Assembly (NCBI GenBank): GCA_043228905.1
Contig: JBHGNT010000009.1
Location: forward strand, 2,356,001 to 2,420,000
Direction of reading: 5' to 3'
Origin: Azolla caroliniana
Taxonomy: Eukaryota > Plantae > Polypodiophyta
DNA length: 64,000 bases
This document shows, piece by piece, positions 1 through 12,600 of the stretch (its first letter is position 1; the number at the start of each line of letters is the position of its first letter). The notes beneath the pieces are model-generated. The model was not told the DNA's origin. It saw nothing but the letters and a program-made list of their open reading frames with translations, and did no database searches. A program made the position numbers and the translations under genes.

Positions 1-114
1 AGAGAGAGTGAGAGAGAGAGAGCTTGTGCGCGCTACACGGATTCTCTTATGCACGGGAAACAAATGGGGGGTGGAAACACCCAACACTACCAGAGACGCA
101 GATGTGCACAACCA

Positions 115-145
<31 letters not shown>

Positions 146-639
146 TTCAATGGAAGAGATACGACCCCGGCTTTGAGCCGGACCAAGGTAGGTTACAACC
201 GCAATCTGCCGCCAAGCCGCCGATCGGGGAGCTCACAGCTCGTTGCGCCGAGGGGGGTCTTGCACAGGAGACCGAGCAGAAGCAAACCCTAGACAAACAC
301 GAACTCTCAACCCTCACGATGAGGAAGAAGAAGATGAAGGAGAAGAAGAAAGAAACTACCTAACCCTAAGTCTAACGGTATACCCTCCTAACTCAAAATG
401 GGCAACCCCTTCAAAAAGGGCGGTCCCTTCCTTTTATAGAACAAGGAGAGGGATGCGTAACAATGTGGGATAAATCCCTTATTACATGGGATCCTCTGTC
501 CCGAATTAACTACTATTCGGCGCCATGATGGCGCCCCTATCATTTACATGATTTGTACAAGGGTGAGTGCACACACTCCACCCCGCCGATTCTTCCGATA
601 TTCTCCGATTTCTCACTATGGCCCGAAGTCTTCACGACA
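1..639 (-). mobile_element. LTR (cut by window edge) of the tRNA-Trp/Phygy-like gypsy lineage
   Basis: Ends TTCACGACA at 639, followed by CCGC and host gag-like sequence. Shares the TATA block (AAATGGGCAACCC..CCTTTTATAG) with the solo LTRs at 1139 and 9106. Confidence 0.8.
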
Positions 640-3324
640 CCGCGTTGAACAACGGATCTGGGACGTCACCGGATGGGACGATCTGGTTGAAGAAAAGACT
701 AGCTTCGTGGAAGCCACATGCCAGAACTACGAGGCTCTGGTAGAAGACAAGCGCGCGGGAAGGGCTGGAGGGGATGTTCCCTCACAGCGGTAAGAGACCC
801 GGTTCGGACAAAAATAGAACGATGTCGGCAACACCGGGGTGCTAGATAAAACGAACGGGCCGGTTACCGGCTGAGCACGGAGATTGAGAGGTCAACGGAC
901 CTACGGAAGGTCCTCGAGGAGTGGATTCTCGACAGCAAGGTGGAGCTATCGCTGAGGGAGGTGCTCAGAATCGCCAAGAAGGAGTTCCGTGACTCCATTA
1001 TGGACTTGGTGAAGCGAAAGCGGCTCTCGACGGAACCAGAGCCGGAGAAGCCCGTGGAGGTGCGGACGACGCACCTAGAAGACACGGCCCTAGAGGATGA
1101 GTCGGATCGGCGTACACACGCATGAAGAGCCAGGACGGTGTCGTGCTATTACGCGCGTGCGTGTAGAAGGGCGGGACCACAGGGGTCTTAGACGAGGGAA
1201 GAAGGGAAGCCGAGAAGATGATTCCGGACGCGTTTCGGAAGCAACCAGATGAGGGAGAGAGAGAGAGAGAGAGGAAGAGAGAGCGTGTGCACTTGACACC
1301 AACTCATGCCCTTATGTACAGAAACGGAGGTAAGAGGACGCCAAAACACCCACACAGACACCGATACGTAGAACCCTCCGCACATATATTACAAGATGAA
1401 GATACAATACCGGCATCGAGCCTGACCTAAGTAGCTCAGGTTGCAACAGTCATCTACTACCAAGCCGCCGGTCGGGGAGCTCTCGGGCTTGTCGCGCCGA
1501 GCGGGGTCTTGCACAGGGGATAGGGCAGCAAACAGAAACACTAGAAGTCCCGGCTTGATGCACAGAACGACGAAGAGGAAGAAGCTGAGGAAAGAAGAAG
1601 AAGAAACGAAACCCTAAAACAAGAGGAAGAGAAAGAGATGGTGTCTCTTAATCCAACGGTATACCCTACGAATGCAAAAATGGGCAACCCTTCTACAAGG
1701 GACCATCCCTTCCTTTTATAGAACAAGGAGAGGGATGCGTTACAATGTGGGATAAATCCCGATTTACATGGGATTCTTCGTCCCGACTTATACGAGGGTT
1801 AGTGCACATGGTGCACCTCGCCGATGTAGCCAATATTTCCCGGTTTCCGCCTCTGGCCGAAATTCTTCACGACAACGGGCAGCGCTCCGTTCAATTTTTG
1901 ACGGTGAGGTCGAACCATGAGCGTAACCGTGAGACCCTCGGCAGCAAGAGCGAAGGGGATTTTTAGAGAGGGCTATCAAGGCGTGGGGTCGTGATAGTCC
2001 GGACACCCCAGAAGAACCCCACACATGTACCATAGATAGAAAATTTTGGTTCTCCGATAATGGAGGTTGTACTATAGCTGGCATCAATGGTCGGGAAAAG
2101 AAGCGGGCGGAAGAAAGACTCAGGGCGTACAGAGTCCTCGGCCCTAGCGAAGAGATTGGTAGTGCCGTGGAGGCGGTCTCCTTTGATGACACCTTGGGGG
2201 AATTACACGAGTTTGTCAAAGCAGGCCTTAGTGAAGACCGGGCAATTCTGGTTAGTTCAGTGGAGATGTACGAAGTCATCGCTGATTTCGGGCAATGGGT
2301 CGGGTTGGGTCGGACGGCCCGCGTGGATACCAAGTACAAGACTGTGGATCGGAAGGTGAGGCCAGTCGCGGCACCCTTGCCGGAGGGCAGTGGAGAGCAG
2401 ATAAAGGGGGTCGCGTCGGACCCAAGTTTATGTCAACCGGTCGGCATAGGGTACCAACTCACCGACATAACCTTAAGGGAGCTCAAGGTCGGTGGGGGTG
2501 GGTTTCTACTGCCGGAGGAGGAGGACCAGTTTCGAGGGATGCTCGGAAGGCACGGGAAAGCATTTGCATTCTCCCCGGAGGAGATCGGGTGCTTAGACCC
2601 AACGATCGTGGAGCCGATGGACGAGTGATCTAGGGCCGGTTTTCGCCAAGGTTGTTCCTACCTGGCACATACTGGTGGACGTGCGGTTTGTTGGGGGTGG
2701 ATGTCATGGAGAAAACCGCCCCTAGGAGGAATCAAGGTAAGGAGACGTGACCCAATCCTTTTCGTGTGTGTGTGTGTTTATGAATTGTACATAGCTAGGA
2801 ATAGATCGGCTAATGTACATATGTACTAGGAAGGGTATTAATTGTGTAGAAATTCAATGATTATCTCCGTCCAAAAGGACAGAGAATAAAGTTGATGTGT
2901 TTTGGTGTAACGGTCTCCTCGGGGAACTATAAAAGGGAGGGGAGAAGAAGAAGATAGGCATCACGTTTTGGCGAGGAGGAAGTGTTGTCGGACTGGGGAC
3001 CGAGCTCTCTCCTCAATCGTTGCTCTCCACTACGTTTTTGTGTCGGTTGCCTCTATTGCATGTAAGCCCGTGTGCTTCCAGTAGAGGCTCCACTGTGTGT
3101 TCTTTGTGTCGTCCGTGTGTGTGCGTGGGACCTCCGTTTTGGGTCTGTTGCCGGTTTGCCGGTTTGCCGGTTGTAATCGTTGTTGACATTGTAATTGAAT
3201 CTTCATTTCCCGTCTCTCTCTTTGTGTTTTTGTGAATCGCTCTCCCTCTTCTTTGTCACGCTCCTTGGTTCACGGCCCCTGCAGTCCCACCTCATTTCAC
3301 ACGCGAGAGCGTAACAACACGACA
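640..3324 (+). mobile_element. Internally deleted Phygy-like gypsy remnant (gag end, partial PR, pol start, PPT, 3' LTR 2702-3324)
   Basis: Translations VTGWDDLVEEKT, LSLREVLRIAKKEF and DTKYKTVDRKVRPV match other copies. Slippery GGATTTTTAG near 1957-1966. Deletions near 1105 (PR active site) and near 2620 (most of pol). G-rich PPT, then TGTCA...CACGACA. Confidence 0.85.
1139..1874 (-). mobile_element. Solo LTR, Phygy-like, 4-bp TSD ACGG
   Basis: ACGG|TGTCGTG...CACGACA|ACGG. The host frame (KSQDG) resumes across it. Confidence 0.92.
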
Positions 3325-4711
3325 ATGCATCTCTACCGACGGATTGACGAAAATGCCTAGAATGGAAATGTTGAAACGAGGGTTGAATCCATAGTTTGCA
3401 AAGAATGGGGAAACCTTCGTGGAGGCATGGATACTATTATTGTAGCCAAATTCCGCGATGGCAAGGAAGTCCACCCAATCCTCTTGTTGGTAGCTTACTG
3501 TACACCAGAGGTATTGTTCGAGGATTTGGTTGACTCTTTCAGTTTGGCCATCAGTTTGAGGGTGGTACGTTGTTGACAAGTTCACAGAAGTCCTGAATGT
3601 TTGCAAAGTCATCGCTAGAAGTGGGAGATAAATTGAGGACCTCGATCAAAAGTGACATCCTCGGGTAAGCCGTGTAGATGAGCGACATTTTTCAGAAAAA
3701 GATCCGTCGTATACTCTCCCGAAATGGTTTTTGAGCATGGGACAAAGTGAGCCATCTTCAAAAACCAATGGACGATCACTAGCATCATGTCATGGCCACC
3801 GACGCGAGTGAGGTCGGTTATAAAGTACGTTGAGAGAGAGGCCCAGGGTCGACTAGGAAGCAGAAGCAGGTGGAAAAGACCGTATGGACGATGGTGAGAG
3901 GCTTTGGAGCAGGCACAAACGTCACATGTCTTGATAAATTCTTTGACAAATTTCCAAGGTTGGGCCACCAAAACCCCCGTGATAGCAACTCTCGTGTTTT
4001 CGCAACCCCAAAGTGACTGACAAGAGGATCATCGTGGGAATTTTGTAGGACTCGAGTGCGACATGCTCTAGCTGGTACGTAAAGGAGGTGATTATGATAG
4101 AGTAGCCCATCCCGAGTTGTAAAGTGACTGAGATCCGAGCTTTGCATTCCTTGGGATGGGTCGTTGATGCGCGCTAGGATGTCGGTAGCGAATGGGTCTG
4201 ACATGTGGCCTAGGCGATTTCCCTGAGCAAGGAATCATCATGCAACATGTAGGTTGCGAACATCTGGAGTTGATCAAGCCGCAATAGACAATGTGATTGC
4301 TGAGAATATGCGTCGTCACCTGGGCATAGCGCAAAATCTAGTCGCCGAGAGAGGGCATCCATTTTCTCATGTTGAACGCTGGGTCGAAACAAAATTTCGA
4401 AGTCGTAGTCGGCGAGAAAAGATTACCAATGAGCCTGCTTCCGATTCAATGTACGACTGGTGGTGTGGTAGATGAGATTCTTGTGGTCGGTCAACACCGT
4501 GATACGATGTTGGCCCCAACGAGATAAGGTCGCCATTCGGCGAAGGCAAAGATGATAGCTGTAAGCTCCTTGTCGTAGACCGAATAATTGATTTTTGGGC
4601 ATGTAAACTTCTGGGAGTAGAAGACGACCGGATGTAGTGTGTCATCGTCGTCTAGCTGGGAAAAAACCGCACCAATGACGAAGTCGGAGTCATCCGTTTC
4701 AACCTGGAAGG

Positions 4712-5312
4712 TGTTAGGAAACAGGTCCCTCCGGATGGGAAGTGAGAAGAACAGTGCTGATGAGAATCTCAGCCTCGGCCGAAACCGGATGAAGAGTACC
4801 CGGCAAGAGCCGGATGGTGAGGGCCCGGTGAGAAGTGCTCACCGGATGAAGGGACATATTCATAAATATGTTTCCTGAGAGTCCATCGGGGCTATATTTG
4901 TAAATAGCCAAAAAGTCATATTAGTATAAATATGACTTAGGGCAAACTCTTTTATAGTAGTTGTTGTCATTCTTGTTGACGCAAGATTAGAGCGTGTAAC
5001 TGTGTACAGAGAGAGTGAGAGAGAGGAAGAGGTCGTTGCCTCTATTGTAACCGCCGCATGTGGCGAAGATAGCAAGCTTGAGGTCGTTGCTTCGGTGCTT
5101 TACTATTGTACATTTTGATATAGTGATAGTTTGTAGTCTGTGGGATGCCGTGGTTTTTTCCCTAGTTTGGGTTTTCCACGTTAACATCCTATGTATTCTC
5201 TTTTCTTTCTGTTTGTGCACTTACCTCCGTTCTTCATTTCTTCTGTGTTCGACTGTACAAAGTGATACACTCTTCGGTAGGAGCCGGAGACTATTCCGCG
5301 TATTCCTCGACA
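4712..5312 (+). mobile_element. Ty1/copia solo LTR, 5-bp TSD GAAGG
   Basis: GAAGG|TGTTAGG...CTCGACA|GAAGG. Homologous to the copia 5' LTR at 59077-59901. Confidence 0.9.
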
Positions 5313-5679
5313 GAAGGGTCACTTGGGGTCTGGGTGAACCAACACTGGGGCTGAGAGAAAAACTGCTTTGAGGGTCTAAAAGCATTGTGTGTTGCGGAGG
5401 TCCAGAAAAATAGAGTGTCTTTTCAAGTAAGTTGGATAAGAGGTTGCACGAATGAAGAAACCTTGTCTATAAATCTTCTATAGAAATTTGGAAACCAAGA
5501 AATGATTGTACCTCTTTCAATTGAGTCGAGACAGGCCAATCGGTGATTGTCGCTACCTTGTGGTTATCCATTGTGATCTCGGTGGGTGAGATCATGTAAC
5601 CCAGGAATTTGACAAAGGTTCGACCGAATTCCCATTTCTCACTTTTGGCGTAAGGCTCATATTCCCGAAGTTTGGTTAG

Positions 5680-6896
5680 GACCAGTCGGACGTGTTGTGT
5701 GTGCTTGTTGAGATACAAGCTCAACATTGGCCGGATCGGTGCGTAAACCGGTGTGCAAACCGGTGTACAACAAGAGGTCGGATTGGTGCGGAAACCGGGA
5801 GGCCGTTGAACAGATATTCCACAAGGGAATATATTTAGGAGTTATTGTAGGAGCTCAGTTATGAGCATTGAAGTACGTGTCAATACTTCTATCAGTCTGT
5901 ATGGACTTGTATAAAAGTGCTCACTGAGCACATCCTATGTACAAAGTTTACACATTATTTTGGATTTAGTTTTTTTCTGTGTTTTAATTCCCTCCCTGTC
6001 TCTCTCGCGTACATTGTGTCTTAAGCTCTCCATTAAACCTGTCTTTTTCCTTGCTGGTATTCTGTGTTTCATATAGCTTCCACACGTAACATTTCGCATG
6101 CTCCTCTAAGTTGGAAGAAAAAACTAGGATGTCGTCAAGGTAGATCAGCACAAAGTGATCGAGGTACTCTCGAAATACATCGTTCATCATGTGCGGGAAC
6201 ACTACTAGGGCATTGGTAAGGCCGAAAGGCATCACCTTGTACTCAAAACGCCCATAGCGCATCCGAAAGGCCGTTTTCAACTTATCCCCAAGCTTGATGC
6301 GCACCAGATTGTAGGCTTCCCGTAGGTCGATTGTGGAGAAGATACGCCCGACCAGCTGGACGTGTTGTGTGTGCTCCTCTAAGTTGGAAGAAAAAGCTAG
6401 GATGTCGTCAAGGTAGATTACCAAAAAGTGATCAAGGTACTCTCGCAATATATCGTTCATCATGTGGTGGAAGACTATTGGGGCATTGGTAAGGCTGAAA
6501 GGCATCACCTTGTACTCGAAATGCCCATAGCACATCCAAAAGGCCGTTTTCAACTTGTCCCCAGGCTTGATGCGCACCAGATTGTAGGCTCCCCCGCAGG
6601 TCGATTGTGGAGAAGATACGCTCGACCAGCCGGACGTGTTGTGTGTGCTCCTCTAAGCTGGAAGAAAAAACTAGGATGTCATCAATGTAAATTACCACAA
6701 AGTGATCGAGGTACTCTCAAAATATATCGTTCATCATGTGTTGGAAGACTACTGGGGCATTGTTAAGGCCGAACGACATCACTTTGTATTCGAAATGCCC
6801 ATAGCGTGTCCAAAAGGCCATTTTCCACTTGTCCCCAGGCTTGATGCGCACCAGATTGTAGGCTCCCCGGAGGTCAATTGTGGAGAAGATACGCCC
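5680..6896 (-). repeat. Tandem triplication of a ~273-bp RT core segment
   Basis: GATACGC anchor recurs at 6341, 6615 and 6888. [21 protein letters not shown] is translated three times. Confidence 0.88.
5706..6098 (+). mobile_element. Probable solo LTR (~390 bp) inserted in RT
   Basis: Starts TGTTG, contains TATAAAA, interrupts the host ...TGTGCT|CCTCTAAG with TGCT duplicated. The right end is uncertain (6091 or 6098). Confidence 0.6.
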
Positions 6897-7674
6897 GGTT
6901 TGGAGTCGATCGAGGAGTGCGGGAATTAAGGGCAAGGGATAACGATTACGCACCATAACTTTCTTGACACCCCGATAATCCACACATAGGCGTAATGAGC
7001 CGTCCTTCTTCTTGACAAATAAAATTGGGGCCTTGGCCAGTGATTTGGAAGGTTGAATGAAGCTCTTCACGAGGTTGTCAACCAGATATGTGCGGAGAGC
7101 CTCAAGTTCGGGTTCCAATAGCCGATAGATTGGCCCGAATGGTGGATGCTCGCCAGCTTGGAGTTCGATTGGGCAATCGTAGGGGCGATGTACCGATAAC
7201 CGATCCGCATTGCGCTTCTCGAATATATTTGAGAAGTCGCTATATTGTGCAGGTAAATTGTTGACAGGAACAGAGATTTCCTACGACAAAATGGCTAGTG
7301 TAGCGACCAAGCTGGAATCATCCGCACCGTCCTCAAGAGAATGTAGTGACTCAGCCAAAATGAGTCGCACGGGAAAAGTGATGGAGCGATTGCACCAATC
7401 CACTATTGGATTATGTGTCTCCAACCAAGATAGCCCCAAAACAATTGGATGTTGGGGGGTTGCAATGAGGTAGAAGGTTAGTACCTCATGGTGGGGTCTG
7501 ACTCGAAGTACCAACGGGATAGTGACTTCCGTAACTGCCCTCGAAGAGAGGACTCGGTTGTCGATCGCTTCAACATATATGGGTTGTGAAGTGTGGATAT
7601 TATGTTTACGGACAAACGATATATCGATAAAACAAGTAGATGCTCTGGAGTCAAGCAAAACATGAGTGTATTGA

Positions 7675-8254
7675 TGTTGACCCAAATGTTAAGCACTAGG
7701 ATAACAACACAACCTGTCATGAATAAGAGCACATCAACAAGGACGTAGAGGAAACAACAAGAGGAAAAGAAGCAAAGAGACGTCCAAGTGTGAAAGGCCC
7801 ATACCCTAAACGTGAAAGTAGTGGCTTTGTGGAGGGTCTCCCATTTGTAAAGATCTCCTAAGTGATTAAGAGCTAGAAGCTTCCTCTCCTCTTTCTTGTA
7901 ACCTTTAAGCTTAAGAGAGATCAGTGAAGTGTTTAGTTAGAGAACACTAATCTCTCTCCCTTGTTGGTGCTAGACCTCATAGTAAAGAGGGTTAATAAAT
8001 ATATTCATTAATCTTGTTGTCTACATTCATTACCCCATTGTTCATGAGAGTGAGCTTGAGAGAGTGAGAGAGATATTGTGCCTAATCATCTATTAGTTGT
8101 TAAGTGAGTGTGAGGCTCGGAGGTGTCCGACAACCATCTTCGCCTGATTCGCCATCAAGAGGGTATACGCCGGTCCGAACCCCGTTATGACATCGAGGAG
8201 CTTACTCCATCGATACATAGATCCTTCACATCTATTTGGCGTCACTACCGGGGA
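7675..8254 (+). mobile_element. Athila-like LTR (7675-8230) with degenerate tRNA-Asp PBS
   Basis: TGTTG...CTTCACA, then TGGCGTCACTACCGGGGA at 8237-8254, a 14/18 match (all transitions) to the Athila-type PBS TGGCGCCGTTGCCGGGGA. Confidence 0.55.
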
Positions 8255-8342
8255 TACGACTGACGGTTGAAGCCTATTTCAAGTAGTCGAAAACTCGTAG
8301 GCTACCCAGTTAACGAAGGAAGAAATCGAAAGAGAACCACTA

Positions 8343-8468
8343 TTTTCTGTTTTTCTTCACTAATTCATAGTTTAATTAAGTTGATTTTCTGTTTTCCCTC
8401 ACTAATTCATAGTTTAATTAAGTTGATTTTCTATTTTTCTCACTATTTCATAGTTTAATTAAGTTGAT
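8343..8468. repeat. AT-rich ~42-bp tandem repeat x3
   Basis: Unit TTTTCTGTTTT..CACTAATTCATAGTTTAATTAAGTTGA seen three times. Confidence 0.85.
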
Positions 8469-9105
8469 TAAAAGAAGTTTTGAACTACCCTCCCTTAATC
8501 GCCTGGACATCAACAAGCTATTTGTTCAGTTAACACCTAACATTGTGGAGATTGAGCCGTTACAGAGCAAGCATAACCACCGCGAGTCTCACGGCTTACG
8601 ATCATCCCACAGGACACGAAACGATAGTTGGCGCCAAAAAGTTCAAATTTCCCACCTAAAGTTCGTCAAAAGAACAGAGTTCAACGAAGGTTCATCCTTT
8701 GACTAAGGTTCATCCTTCGATGAAGGTCCACTCTTCGACGAACCTACAAAAGCTTGACAAGAAAACATGGTTGGATCATCATGGACAGAGATGTTCAAAA
8801 CCCAACCCGCACGCCAGGAGGAGTCCACCCAAACCAACCAAACACACGATGTCGTCCCACCTAACCCAACTCGATACCACAAAGGGTGGCTAACTCCAGG
8901 GACAGTACCAAACATGAACCTCCCATCGAGTTTAGGAACTAAAGCACCTCTCAACACACCCCCACTACAGGAGAGCCCAATGGCAGACCCACTTAGCGTA
9001 GAGGGACACATATGAGACGCAGTGTAGGAGTTAGGGGTGTGTAATAACCAAGATCATTAATCCTAAAATAAAGATATAAATGACACAATCATACTGAAAA
9101 TACGT

Positions 9106-9620
9106 TGTCGCGTAAATACGTGCGTGCGTGTCGAAGGGGCGGGACCACGGGGGTTTCGGACCAGGAAGAGGAGCGAGGAGCCGAATCTGGACCCGTACCG
9201 GAGTCTACCGAACACAAGAGAGAGAGCTTGCACGCCACTTACTCCTGGCTTCGAGCCGGCTACACTCAGAAGAAGAAGAAGAACTACACCCAGACAGAGT
9301 TTTGCCGCCATGGCTACCGCGCCCAGCTTCTCAAGAGGGAGGAGAAGAAGAATGCCACAAGACAGTTACTAACCCTAGAAATTCTTAACAAAACGACCCT
9401 CTACTAAATGGTATACCCTTACGACTCAAAATGGGCAACCCTTCAAAAGGGACCCCTCCCTTCCTTTTATAGCCCAAGGAGGGAGAGATGTTACAATGTG
9501 GGACAATACTCCCCCTTTATTCTATACACCATTTCCCTATTATACATGTGCACATGTTGCACACCACCAACTTGCCCTTTCCACCCCGGTTTCACATCGT
9601 AGCTAGAAATCTTCACGACA
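9106..9620 (-). mobile_element. Solo LTR, Phygy-like, 4-bp TSD ACGT
   Basis: ACGT|TGTCGCG...CACGACA|ACGT. Conserved U5 block (GGCGGGACCAC on +). Confidence 0.9.
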
Positions 9621-12600
9621 ACGTGTTACCACCCATCTGCCCCTGTGCCACAGTCAACAACATAGACGAGGAATCCCGATCTGTCCCATACCAGCTAGGA
9701 TCTCCCCGTCAAGACCTTGGTAGATGACTAGTCCACATCAAAGAGAGCTTCGTCTGAACCACTCATGGGGCCTCCCTTAACCAAGGAGAGTGACGAAGTC
9801 TGGAAGACGAAAGACTCTGGGTTCTAGCTGTTGATGCTAGAAGGCCTCGCCGGTGTATGATTGAGGAAAGAGGAATCGGACCGCGCGGAAAGATGGGTCC
9901 GGGAGGTAACTGGGTGGAGTGACCCGGTCGAAGAAAAGACGGGCTTCGTAGAAGCCACGTGCCAGAACTACGAGGTTTTGGTGGAAGAGAAGCGTCCGAG
10001 AAAGACCGGAGGGGTTGGACCCTTGCAACGGTATGAGATGCGGTTCGGGCAGAGGCAAAATGACGCCGGTGCATCCGGCACACCGGACAAGGCCAAGAAG
10101 GCCGGTTAACGGTTCAGCACAGAGATAGAAAGGACCACGGACCTACGAAAGGTCCTGGAGGAACGGATCCTTGACAGCAAAGTGAAGTTGTCGCTGAGCG
10201 AAGTGCTCGGCATCGCCAAAAAGGAGTTCCACGACTCCATTGTAGACTTGGTGAAACAGAAGAGGCTTTCAACAGAGCTGGAGAAACCAGTGGCTGTGCA
10301 AACGACGCACCTAGAAGACATGGCCCTGGAAGACGAGTTGGCGGAAAGCCACTATTCAAGGCTACATTGGGCCAGAGCCACTACGGAGACCCCCGTTAAG
10401 ATCGGAGATGTCCATGAGCCGGTGGTGGCGTTGGTGGACCATGGTTCGGAAATCAACTTGATGTCCATGGAATTTACAAGAAGGGCAAGTGGCCGATGAA
10501 CACCAAGCATGGGCGGAAAATACGAGCGGCGACGCGTGACACGGAGGAGCTACACGGAGGGTGCCCGAACGTATGAGTGAAAATCGGTGATGTCGAGATC
10601 GATCAACACTTCTTCGTGCAGGAGAGATCCTCGCATCCGGTGATACTCGGGGAACCGTACATTACAGCAACGCGAATGGAGACGAAGGTGCTAGACAACG
10701 GTTCGGCATATGCGCGAGTCAAGAGCCAGGACGGGCGTCACCCCGTCCAGTTTCTGACGGTACGACCGAACCATGAACGAAACCGAGAGACCCTCGGCGG
10801 TGAAAGCCGAGGGAATTTTTAGAGAGGGCTATCAAGGCGTGGGGCCGCGATAGTCTGGACACTCTGGAAAAACCCCACACGTGTGTAGTAGGTAGAAGAA
10901 CCTGTAACATAGGTAGGAAGTTTTGGTTCTCCGACAGTGGAGGTTGTACAATAGCCGGCGTCGTTGGTCGGGAGAAGAAGCGGGCAGAAAAGCGACTCAG
11001 GGCATGCGGAGTCCTCAGTCCCGAAGAGGAAATCAACGGAGCCGTGGAGGCAGTCTCTTTCGACAACACCTTGGGGAAGCTACGGGAGGTGTTAAGAGAG
11101 GGCCTTATTGGAGACCGAACAATTCCGGTATGTACGGAAAAGATGTACAAAGTCATCTCCGACTTTGGTAGAGAACTCGAGTCGGATCGGATGGCCCGAG
11201 TGGATACGAAGTACAAGACTGTGGACCGGAAGGTGAGGCCAGTCGCGGCACGCTTGCCGGAGAGCAACGAGTTACAGATGAAGGGGGTCGCATTAGACCC
11301 AAGTTTACGAGATCCGGCTGGCAGAGGACACCGATTCACCGACATAACGCTACGAGAGCTCAAGGTCGGGGGGGGCGGCTTTCTACTGCCGATGGAGGAG
11401 AGCCGGTTTCGGTGAATGCTCGGGAGGCACGGAAAGGCCTTCACATTCTTGCTGGAGGAGATCGGGTGCGTAGACCCAACGATTGTGGAACCGATGGTGA
11501 TCTTCACGGTACCGCATGTACCCTGGAATCTCAAACCGATACCAGTATCCAGAGCTCACATCCCGAAGTTGATGGAGCTGTTGAAACAGAAGGTGGAGAT
11601 GGGCATCCTCGAACCATCGAGTGCCCCGTATTCTAATCGATGGTTTACTCTGCCCAAGAAGAATGGCACGCTGCGTTTCATTCAGGACCTGCAGCCGGTC
11701 AACAAGGTGACCATTCGGAACGCAGGAATCAGACCGACCATAGACGAGTTCGCAGAGGCCTTCGCCGGAAGGTCAATTTACTCAGTCGGTGATTTGTACT
11801 CGGGATACGATCAGTTCTAGCGAGCCGTGGAGAGTAGGGACATTATGACGATGCGGACTCCCCTGGGCCTAGTACGGATGTGTACCCTTCCGCAAGGAGG
11901 GACGAACTCGGTAGCCCACATGGTGAACGCAATGAGCAAAGTGCTAAGGGATTCTATCCCGGACGTCACCATGCCGTTCTTAGACGACATCCCAATCAAA
12001 GGATGCCCGGTGGAGGATAAGGACGAGACAATCAGACCGGACGGATGCCGGAAATTCGTAGCGGACCACGTCGATGACTGCGAGAAGGTGCTGCGAAGAC
12101 TAGAAGGCGCAAGGCTGACCTTCTCCGGGGAAAAATCGGCCTTCAGGCAATCAGAGATCATGGTCGTCGGACACCTATGCGGGCCATATGGTCGGAAACC
12201 GTCGCTGGCCAAGGTAGAGGCCATCTCCGCGATGAAACGCGACTGCAATTCGGTCACGGAAGTCTGGAGATTCTTGGGAGCATGCGTGTTCTACCATATC
12301 TGGATCCCGCATTACGCCCACGTCGCGGAGCCGCTCTATGGACTGCTGAAGAAAGGGCCTAAATTCGAGTGGAGAGAGGAGCAAACGGAGTCGGTCCGGA
12401 AAATGAAAGAAGCACTTGCTACGGAACCGGCACTCCGTAAAGCGGTCTACGGTAAAGACATTCTGATTTACGTGTCCGTAGACAGAAGTCCAACCGGAAT
12501 CGGATGGGTAATCAACCAGGAGGATGAGAACGGCACGAGGTTCCCCATTCGGTTCAATGGGAAAGTCCTCAGTGAATGACAGCGAGGATACTCCCAGGTT

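Larger units (their letters stand above)
3325..7674 (-). pseudogene. pol: Degenerate chromovirus-type gypsy pol (PR-RT-RH-IN)
   Basis: LLDSRAST (PR); [17 protein letters not shown] (RT); [10 protein letters not shown] (IN). Many stops and frameshifts, two LTR insertions. Confidence 0.9.

Noticed and set aside
117-146. (TA)n, (GA)n, (GT)n and poly-T tracts (also 46755, 52063, 43165, 57835)
   Set aside because: Ordinary microsatellites within LTRs or UTRs.
10719-11534. Recurrent antisense ORFs over the pol start (also 1788-2339, 53863-54594)
   Set aside because: They have variable ends and no recognisable domain, and are explained as shadows of a GC-rich sense frame. Conserved antisense coding is not excluded without dN/dS.
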